A stretch of 63,339 nucleotides of DNA, counting the filler, from Reticulomyxa filosa (Eukaryota; Protista; Foraminifera): the NCBI GenBank assembly GCA_000512085.1. It is 17 parts of 17 records of this genome, joined end to end, with 100 filler letters (N's around TTAATTAATTAA, not from the genome) between each part and the next. Parts side by side here need not be neighbours in the genome. Positions count along the whole stretch, not along the records: positions 53,078 to 57,883 come from ASPP01019437.1; positions 57,984 to 59,033 come from ASPP01016010.1; positions 59,134 to 60,960 come from ASPP01039165.1; positions 61,061 to 63,339 come from ASPP01022890.1; 13 more parts are not named here. One strand, written 5' to 3'. Position 1 is the first letter of the stretch. Each line of letters opens with the position of its first letter. Position numbers and translations under genes: made by a program. The notes under the pieces are model-generated. The model saw only the letters and a list, made by a program, of their open reading frames with translations, did not search any database and was not told the DNA's origin. Below, in pieces: positions 53,898-63,339 of the stretch.

Positions 53898-54876
53898 ATG
53901 TCTGCAAGCCTCAATATATCAGATTTTGCAGTATCTCTTTCCAAACAAATTCGGGTATGTTCCTTCGATCTTGCTTGCTGCACAACGAGAACGCAAATAA
54001 AACAATCTGCACAACAAAATAATGAACAAAGGACAAACTACTGCGTTCTGAAGCAGTACAAGCATCTCGTTTGTTAGACTCGAATTCACCACCGGATGAG
54101 CCTCATCCTCTTCGTGAGCCCTCTTCAACCATCGATGTAAACCTTTCATGTCTTTTTTTTTCCCCTTCGTTTGGGAAGGAAAAAAAAAAAAAAGGTTATA
54201 AAAAACTAAACACATTGGGAAAAAAAAAGGACTTGTTGAACAAATTGAGAAGTGTTTTTGGCATCAGCATAATGACATATCACTCTGAGTTGAATAAAAT
54301 GTGCAAGCAGTGACGACGCAAAAAAAAATGAATCATTCAAAGGGTTGGAAGAATTGGATAAAAACAAAAAAGAAAGCCAACCAAATTGGGTGCGGGATGA
54401 AGAAATGAAATACATGTTAAAGCAACATGAGCAAACAGAAGACGGAAATTCGTGTAAAAAAAATGTGTTATCCTTGTTACACTCAGTATCGCAAAACCGC
54501 ATATGGGATTGGTTACTGTGGTTTGAGAAGTGGTTGTACTCGATTGAAGTGTGTTCTTTGAGTAGCAAGCAATGCTATTTCATCATTGAATTGAGCATCA
54601 CATTGTTGTATGTGTATTTTGAGTACATGTTTCAAAATCAACTTTCGAAAGAGATTGTGGACAAGGTGCAAGCGGATGAGAAGTGCAGCACGTTGGACAG
54701 TTGTTTTGTCCAATGTCTTCAGCATCGAGAGTGTCTTCGTCAAAGACATCTCAAAAAGAAAAGAGAAACTAAACAAAAAGAAGCAACTGAAATTCACGGT
54801 AAAAATAAAATAAAACAAAACAATTGTTATTATTTCCATTTTCTCTCTCAATGATCACAACAACAAGAATAATAAG

Positions 54877-54907
<31 letters not shown>

Positions 54908-57883
54908 GAAATCTAGGAGGCCATTCGAATATGGATGCAATATCTCTTTCACAAAATGCACTTCAATCAACCTCTGGAAATGAAATGACTACTGAATTCC
55001 CCACAGCTAAACCATCATCCCCCAGTTACATGCCCACGAGTCAAAATGCCGACTCTGCAGGTGTCGGCGATAACATTGTGATCAAACAAGAACCCAATGC
55101 CGACGCCATAGCTTGGACTTCGGACAACGAGTCGAAAAGCAATGGCAAAAACAAAGCCACCGCGGCAGCTGTCGATGAAATGGAGTTTTTATCCTCGCAT
55201 TCACCACGTCATCCATTGCAGCCTCGACAGCTGCATTCACAACCGACAAACAAAATCGAAGCCGCCCACACAAATGCGACGGCAACGGTGAGTCATCGCG
55301 AGTGTGATCAGGATGAATTGAATGGCAAGCAGTTTGAAATCGAGTTGGTGTTGGCCGATACTCTTGTCACTTGTGCAATCCATGGATTGTTGATTGTTTT
55401 GGAAGCTTCCAAAGAAGTTTTGGCAAACATGCAAATAAATGACAATAGCAATAACAATAACAATAACAATAACAATTATATAATAATAATAATAATAATA
55501 ACAATTATGTAATAATAATACACATATAACACTCAAAGCATGCGTTGGTAAATCGATGCTGTGAATTGCTAGACCCTTTGTTGACCATTGACACGCATCG
55601 CTTATATAGTGCGCCAATGGTAGTGTACCGATTAACAAAAAAATACATGCTCGAATATCAATCCACTGTATACTTCAATCACAACTATCACAATATCGAT
55701 GAACGCTATCGTCCATTTGTGACGAGCCCAATTCTCACCAATGGGACAACAGCTTGGAATGGAACCGATGGGATCGACTTGCTACCGTCTCTTGAAACCC
55801 AAAACGAGCCCATAGGCACACCTGTACTAACAGCTCAAGCGCATCCACAAAAAAACAATGAGTTGGCTGCCACTGCAAATGACATTGAAGTTGTGAGTGG
55901 AGCGACTGGGCCAATTATTCGGCTGCGACGCTTTGCACAGCCGAAACCAGGACAAGATACGAGTGAAAGTGAGAAAAGGAACGACGGCAATAAAGACACC
56001 GTAGAACCCACTCTCGGAAAAGGGAAAAAAGTTGTGAGAGAAGGTACCTCCATCAAACAAGCCAAGAGCAGTGACAAACACGTGGACATGATGGACGTCG
56101 ATGCAAACGTCCATGAAAACGAATATAATAAAAAATTTGATATTATTGTTGAAATTCCTTCTTTTGAAACAACCACTTTGAAAAAAAATTTGAATGCTGT
56201 TGTTACTAATAACAATAACAATAACAATAATAATAATAATAATAACAATGTTGGAATGATAACACCAACAAAAGTGTATGGATACGGTGAAATTAAAAGC
56301 AATTTGCGAATGGACGAGCAATTATCACACTTGTCCAATCATTGGATGACAAGCATGTGCAGTCGTTTTGACAAAGCATTGAAACAACCCATGTCCATGC
56401 TCGTCAAAGAAGACGGCCGATGGAATGCCACTCCTGCTATCAATGACAGCAATGTCCGTGTCATTGATATGACGCATTGTTACATCGACGACACTGGTCC
56501 TCTCACACAATATCAAGTCTATCAATATCTCGTCTTGCGCAATTATGTGGACCGCTCCAACGTCGACGACCACGTCAATTACATTCACTTGGATCCCCAC
56601 TCCGCCTTCCACAACTCACTCCGTGTGAAAAAGTTACACAAAAGCTCTTTCAGTCCAGTGAAGGTTAAATTCCGATTGTGGAATTGGCGCAGCAAAGAGT
56701 ATTATAAAATTCAAGCTTGGGATGCTGATGTTGATGACAGTGATTTAATTTCAAAATCAAAGTTTTTTATTTTATTTTATTCTTGGCAAAGCAATTCCAA
56801 CACATATACATAACATATATTTATATACATATATATTTTCTTCTATCTTCCTCCATTCGTTGTGCAATACAACACAGACACAACAAAGATGCCGTAGCTG
56901 CAACCTCCAAAAAAGCTGTGCCAAAAAAATATTCCAAACACGGCGAGTCTAAAAAAACAAAAGCGAGAAAGGAAAGCAAAGCCGGACCGAAAAAGGGTGC
57001 AGACACGTTAGGGTCAGACAGCGACAACAGCACGGAGTACCTGTCAATGGAAAAAATGGACAGAGAGATTGAGGAGGATGAAGACGAAGAAGAAATGAAA
57101 CACAAAAAAAGGAAAAAGATAACAAAGAGGACACAAACACCAGTGTTCGCACTAATAACAAGCAGACGAATAGCAATGCCAACGTCAGTGCTGCTGCAAA
57201 TATCAGTACTGCAAACATCAATACTGCAAACGTCAGTACTGCAGGTCCGAGAAATGACGAAAAAAAAAGAAAAAAGAAACAGAGCCATCCACCTCGAATA
57301 TTGGAGTCAAAACAATAATAACAGACAAAGATAAAGATAAAGACAAAGAGAGAACAAAAGCAAAAGTGAAAGCAAAAGAAAGCGAAAACGGAAAGGAAAA
57401 AGAAAAAGAAAAAGACAACAAAGACAAAGACAAAGACAAGGAAAAGTCGAAAGACAAAGAAAAACGAGCAAAAGAAGAAGAAGAAAACGAAGAACAGGAT
57501 CATGACGATCAAGAGGACGATGACGACGACAGCGAAGACGACGAGGACGATGAAGAAGAAGAGGAGGCAGACGAAGAGCAACAAAAGGAGGAGCCCGAAC
57601 ATGAACAGGAGCAGGAACAAGAGCAGGAACAAGAACAAGAAGAAAATGCGGACAAAAACGAGGAGGATGAAGTGGACGCGGTGGAAGCAGAGCAAGAACA
57701 AGAACAAGACAATGAGAATGATAACGAGAATGACAACGACAATGACAATGAAAACGAAAACGAAAATGAAAATGAACGGGAGTTGGAAGAAGAGCTTGTT
57801 GATTATGAAGCCGATGAACTAGAAGAACAAACGCAACCACAACAACAACAGCCACAGCAACAACAAACACAAACACAAACACA
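53898..57883 (+). CDS. Large multi-exon protein of unknown function with Asn-, Lys- and Glu/Asp-rich tracts (3'-partial)
   Basis: Colinear plus-strand ORFs (54071, 54345, 54931, 55545, 56783, 57366) separated by intron-like microsatellite DNA. No family confidently recognised. Confidence 0.6.
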
Positions 57884-58015
57884 NNNNNNNNNNNNNNNNN
57901 NNNNNNNNNNNNNNNNNNNNNNNNNNNTTAATTAATTAANNNNNNNNNNNNNNNNNNNNNNNNNNNNNNNNNNNNNNNNNNNNTTTTTTTTTTTTTTAAA
58001 AAGAAAAAATCAAAG

Positions 58016-58537
58016 TTGCGAACTTTTAGCATGTTAAACTTTGCCGTGAGCGATGGGAAAACGACATTAGTTAGCCGATTGTGCGTGTCAACGCTGAAAG
58101 ATCCACAGCCCCGAAAGCCGGCGACGTTGTACTTTAGTATCGGCTCTCGATTTGCGCAGTGCACCGACGGCGTGTATCGTATGCAACAGTCAAACATGGA
58201 CGAAGATGTCGTGATTGTCAGCAGTGAAAGACTTACGCCCGTCACTGAAGATTGGGTGTCCGTTCCTGAAAATCATATCTTGCTTATCACACATAAGGCC
58301 AATATCTTGCTCTTTGCAGTCGATGTGAACGCCGAGCTCAAAAAAGCAAAGCTCGAAATGAAACAGGCTAAAAAAGTAAATCCATTTGCTAGCCAAATTT
58401 CCCTTGCGTCTAGTGCTTCGTCGCGATCACAAAAAACGCAAAGTCAATGCTCCCATGATTCGACCTCAAGTCTACTTTCCTCTCAAGATTGTAGCGATTT
58501 GCAAGCAAAGCAAGAAGAAGAAAAAGCCAGCAAATAA
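58016..58537 (+). CDS. Class II glutamine amidotransferase, Dug3/EgtC/YafJ-like, last exon
   Basis: MLNFAVSDGKTTLVSR...ATLYFSIGSRF...YRM...DVVIVSSERLT...DWVSVPENHIL parallels the C-terminus of yeast Dug3. Confidence 0.82.
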   Translation: MRTFSMLNFAVSDGKTTLVSRLCVSTLKDPQPRKPATLYFSIGSRFAQCTDGVYRMQQSNMDEDVVIVSSERLTPVTEDWVSVPENHILLITHKANILLFAVDVNAELKKAKLEMKQAKKVNPFASQISLASSASSRSQKTQSQCSHDSTSSLLSSQDCSDLQAKQEEEKASK

Positions 58538-59133
58538 TGGTACCCTTTTTTTTTGTTTTCAGTTTCAATTTTCATTTAAGTGTGTCGTTTTGTTTGTTTT
58601 TTCACCCTGTTTGTCTATGTATCGACCAGCTGTTTGGCTCGCAATCTGCATTGGGTTTTTGTTTGTGTGTTCTGCTCTGTTTGTTTTAATACGTTTTTGG
58701 GAATAACTTGATTTCGCATCTCCTTTCTACGTTAGAATTATGTAAAGGTCCCCAAGCTTGCTTTTTTTATTTTTGGCTAAAAAAGATATGCTAACTACGT
58801 TTCCTTGGTGTTATCTGGTTTTTTGTTTTTGGTAATAATATTTGAAAATGTATATTAATATATTACTACATTTTTTTTTACAGTAAGTTGAAAAAAAAAC
58901 TGAACACCTAAAATGCCACCTTATGAAGATGATAGATTTTCTTAATGAAAAACAAACATTTAAAGCTAATTTTTTTTTTTTAAATATCTACAAGTCTTGT
59001 AGTTTTTAAATATGATATTGATTTTTGAATAACNNNNNNNNNNNNNNNNNNNNNNNNNNNNNNNNNNNNNNNNNNNNTTAATTAATTAANNNNNNNNNNN
59101 NNNNNNNNNNNNNNNNNNNNNNNNNNNNNNNNN

Positions 59134-60664
59134 TATATATATATATTAATATATGTATGCATATGTACATTATATATGTGTTATATTAAAAAAAAACTTT
59201 TTGAAAAGCAATCCAAGTTTTTTCCCTCCAATTGGCCAAATCGGACTTTTCGGAAGCATTGACGTAGTCAGTGATCTCATCGTAGATTTGTCGCTTAATC
59301 ATGGCAAAGACGACATACAGAGCGGACTCGTAGAGGACATTGGCTTGGACAATGGGCTTGTAGCCACTCATGGCCTCGGCGACGCGGGTGAGCACGACGA
59401 CGCGCTCCGAGTCCTGCAGACGATCGAAGGGATAGATGTGGAACGAGTGATACATGAAATGGTCTTTTTGCTGTCCGATCCCTCTCCAAAAGAGGTGTGA
59501 GAAGGGGAGGAAGTCGTGATCACTTTCGGTGGGCAAAGGGGTTTCCAAGGGATTGATCATTATTTTTTTGTTCGTTGTGCAAAGAGTATGGGTCGGAGTA
59601 TGCGAACATTCCAAAGTTCGTTTTGCGTTATTGCCTTGTAAGCAATGAAGAAACAGTAAATCGCAGAGGTCTTCATTGCAACACACTTGCATTGGCGTTT
59701 GTTCGTCTCCGTTTTCAATGCTCAACAATGACGAGCATTCGTCTATTCCAACTATCCCAACATCATTACCATCATTATCATTATTATCATTATCATCATT
59801 ATTATCATCATCGTCATCATTATCATCATCGACGCCTCCTATGTTGTCATCATCGTCATTGTTGCTCTTCGCTTCTCTAGCATGCACATGATACAAGAGC
59901 AACTCCACCATTGCACCGAAACCGTGTCTGCATGCGATATGTAAGGCATTGTTGCGACCCTTGTCGCATGTGTACAAGTCGGCCCCTTTCGAAAGCAAGT
60001 ACGTGCACATGCGCTGCTGATTGTTCCCCACCGCCATCAACAGCGGCGTTTCTCCATTCGGTCCTCGACACTCCAGATTTGCATTGGGCTTCGACAGCAG
60101 ATATTCGCCGATTTCTATGTGTCCATACTTGCTGCACAACAGCAGACCCCCGTCCAACACCCTGTCTTCGCGCTTCGCTCCTCCTGTCGACACTGACGAT
60201 AACGACACATACATGTCCTCGGACCACAGCACGGGATACAATTCATCCCATAACAACTCCACTATCCCTACGTGTCCGAACTCACATCCGCACCAGAATG
60301 CTTCACATAATACTTCAAATACCATTGGGTACTTTCTCATTTCGCTTAGCTTTTGTCTCATTTTCGACGTGTTTCCATTTATTGCTATCTTTTTTGTTTT
60401 TTGTTTTTTGTTTTTTTTTGTCTTTTCTCGTTGTTACACTCACACTCTCTCTCTCTCGTCTTGATGTATTTCGTCTTTCTCCACAGTCGGGTAAGTCACA
60501 ACAAAACGAACCTGCAACAGTTCATCCGTCGAAAATTTCTCTTCCACTTTCTTCTCTATTTTGGCAGTATTGTGCTGGCTTTGCTTTCCCTGCAAGCACG
60601 GCTTCCGCGTGTGCAACGATTCGACAAATCTGTCCTCGCTCGAAAACACGCCTTTTTCTGTCAT
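59134..60664 (-). CDS. Ankyrin-repeat protein with an additional unrecognised C-terminal domain (3'-partial)
   Basis: KYGHIEIGEYLLS, GPNGETPLLMAVGNNQ, DKGRNNALHIACRHGFGAMVELLL and NGDEQTPMQ. Confidence 0.88.
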
Positions 60665-61919
60665 CTTTCTTTATTTTTCACTGTTCTATTTTTTTTAAGT
60701 CGTTGGAGGGTCGCTGTCACTATTCATAGGAGTTTTAAAAGAAGCCCCTTTGCTTCGGTGGCTGCCTCTTCTTATATCTGTGTGGTCTCTGATGAAACAA
60801 AGTCATTAAAACTGGATTTATTCAAAGTTTTTGGTTGGGTAAGTGTTATCTTCTTTTTCCTTTCTACCTTTTTTTTTGTTATTGATAAAAAAAGCAATTG
60901 CAGACTTTACCGATTTTTTTTACAAAAATATATTTGCTTTGTTACTGGTGATCTTTGAATNNNNNNNNNNNNNNNNNNNNNNNNNNNNNNNNNNNNNNNN
61001 NNNNTTAATTAATTAANNNNNNNNNNNNNNNNNNNNNNNNNNNNNNNNNNNNNNNNNNNNATTTGTGTGTAAAATTCTTCAAGAAAATGAAAACATAAAC
61101 AATTATCTAACTCACATTGGAAGAGATGAAGATAATCAATTATTGGTGAGCGAAGAATGGATATTGTATTGTTGTTTGGTAAAAATATAAAACTTTTCTA
61201 GCAATTATATGATTTAGTCCAATAAACTAAATTATATATTCAGTTTTTTTTTGCAATTTACTGTAATACACTTTAACAAATTTTTTTAGAATAATTTATT
61301 TTGATCAATTTCAATTTTGTTGTCACTCAATGATAAATTACTTGATTTTTTTTTCTTGTTAACATTTTATTTTTTCTTTGACAACATTCCATTTTTATCC
61401 TTTCATTTTTTCAACGCTTTGTAAATTACGTCGTCAAATATCTAGTTTGTGTAGAGAAAGTTTTTTTTTGAAGATAGGCCGGACAATTTGACGAAGTAAA
61501 TTTTGGTATGTGAGCTCACATGATTTGTGCTTTTTAAAGATTGGTTATGACTCTGGTTTTTGTTAAGGCTTTCATATAAAAAAATTAAATGGATTCACAA
61601 TGCTTCTTGAAATATTATCCTATACTCTCTGCAAATATTTTTTCCGAATACTTTGAGTAATTTAGATGTTCAATCAATTTGGAATCTCCAGAAAAACAGA
61701 TTATGTTTTTAAACAAAAAACAATCAAAATTAGTTCTTTTTTTTCAAAAATTACAAAGTTTTAGATTGAATATATAATTTTTCAAATGTTGAGTTATTTG
61801 GTGGAATAAATAACAAGTTCACTTATTTTAATCTAGAAATTGAAATAGTAGAATGCTTGGACAGGTGTCAGTGAATTGATGATTACAAAATTTAAATAAA
61901 TGAGAAAAAGAAGAGCAGT

Positions 61920-62880
61920 CAATACATCCTTCTTCCAAACAAGTGTTTTTTTTCAACTTACAGTTCAAGCATCATATCAATTTGATTGCATTCACACAAC
62001 CCAAAGTGAACTACTTTGCATATTGCAATCACATTTCACACCATTCAACTTTGAATTTTCCATGTAGCCCAATGAACGATGTTTCACGCAAAGTAATCTT
62101 TCCTTGAGTTATTTTCTTTTTCACTTGATCAAATGATCGCACAGTCTGGCCCTTTTGATTGTAATAACTGCACGCATCGTCATCTGGGGCTGTTTCACTT
62201 GATTAGAGACGAGATTCATTCGCTTCTTAATGCTATTTTGTTTTATATTAATCAAATGTGAGATATCTTCTTACATTAACATACCAGACACAGACAGAAA
62301 AAGAGAAATAAAGTGTATTAACATATATTACTTAACATTAAATCTCAATACTTTTACTATTTTCAAAATGCATTCTTTTTCACTTGATGTATATTGAGTT
62401 GTATTTTCCACTAAACGTGTTCGACATGCAATACATGTAGTGACTTATAGCTTCTTTGAGTATCTCGGAGCATGCCAAATCTCACAACAAAAACCAAAGT
62501 CTATAATTGTGAAAATACAAGCTTCATCTTTGCACTAATGCCACAACGAGTATTGTTCGTCCATGATCTTTCGTTGTAATGAGGAGGCTGCCAAATATTT
62601 CTGTACATTGATACCGCAATATTTCTTCAAAAAGGGTTACATCTTCAGTTTGTTGAGACTCCATTTCTATTGTAACCTCTGCAGAAGCTTACAGTATTTG
62701 AGCCAATGTTTCAATATCTATGTTTTCAAAAGCCCTTTTGTTCTCCATTTTGATCGTGTTTCTTTGAATTGGATTACCCTGACAATGCAGTTGTATTTGC
62801 TTTAACATTTTGTGCATTTCTTTATCTTCACTTGTGGCTCCGTTATAATTACTCCCACTACTTGTGGCCTTATTCTAGTT
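61920..62880 (-). pseudogene. Decayed gene of unknown family
   Basis: Long protein-like reading (EDKEMHKMLKQIQLHCQGNP...IETLAQIL*ASAEV...QYSLWH*CKDE) interrupted by in-frame stops. Confidence 0.45.
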
Positions 62881-63339
62881 CTTGTAACTTTAGATAGAAA
62901 ACAACAAAATAAACTAATTTAAATTGCTTAAAAAAAAAAAGACAACAATAATAAATATTTAACTTCAATAACCTTGAGGAATTTTATTCTTGACCGATTT
63001 TGATATCATATATAGTCTTGGTAAAAAGCGTGCACCACCAAGAGATTATTGTGTTGATTTATATTGTCTCTATGAACGGACATGCCTTGTTTCTGACGAT
63101 AGGTTTATATTTTTTTGGCCGATACGTTGTCATCATTGTTTCTATCATACTATCCATTGCTGCTTGTCATATTGTGTATTAATCTACATTTTTGTCTTTG
63201 CTCTTTTATTTTTTCCTTTTTTTTTCCTTCTCTACTTTCTTTAATCTCCTCTTCCATCCAAACTTAAAAGAAGTCACTCCACAGCGAAAGGCTCCATGTT
63301 CACACTGCCTTGGTTGATACATATTACAACCACTGACAA

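Noticed and set aside
56490-56550. TQYQVYQYL motif as tRNA-splicing endonuclease subunit Sen54
   Set aside because: It is only a short motif, and the flanking Sen54 features are absent.
61920-62880. In-frame stops as evidence of an alternative genetic code or selenocysteine
   Set aside because: Intact genes in the window terminate at TAA, TAG and TGA. The stops here sit in sequence that otherwise looks decayed.

Overview
This is not one locus. It is 17 short eukaryotic contigs joined by 16 artificial 100-nt spacers (44 N + TTAATTAATTAA + 44 N), so adjacency across spacers has no biological meaning. The DNA is AT-rich and intron-containing, uses the standard code, and has (TA)n/poly-A/poly-T introns and poly-Asn tracts. 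The expanded kelch ('MSNQTFQTLKELP'), WD40 and PPR families point to a foraminiferan genome, most likely Reticulomyxa filosa (inferred from recalled family signatures, not from a search). Recognisable, often partial, spliced genes: PPR-SMR protein, divergent actin, TPR...SAM protein, RWD-IMPACT, serine racemase-like PLP enzyme, PKG/PKA-type kinase, importin-11-like, hyccin/FAM126, SAM-coiled-coil protein, Ariadne-type RBR E3, CTL/SLC44, divergent CMGC kinase, PI4KIII-beta, ankyrin proteins, a tandem DUF5654-like membrane protein, TRAPPC13-like and a Dug3-like amidotransferase. Decayed copies of HSP90, G-protein beta, a sirtuin and WD40 genes are also present. I found no operon-like or multi-gene novel system, CRISPR array, rRNA/tRNA gene or intact transposon. 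The best leads are a strong GTT (+3 U) splice-donor bias with A-rich acceptors, a PPR-SMR protein in a non-photosynthetic protist, prokaryote-type domains inside spliced genes, and intron-retaining decayed housekeeping-gene copies.
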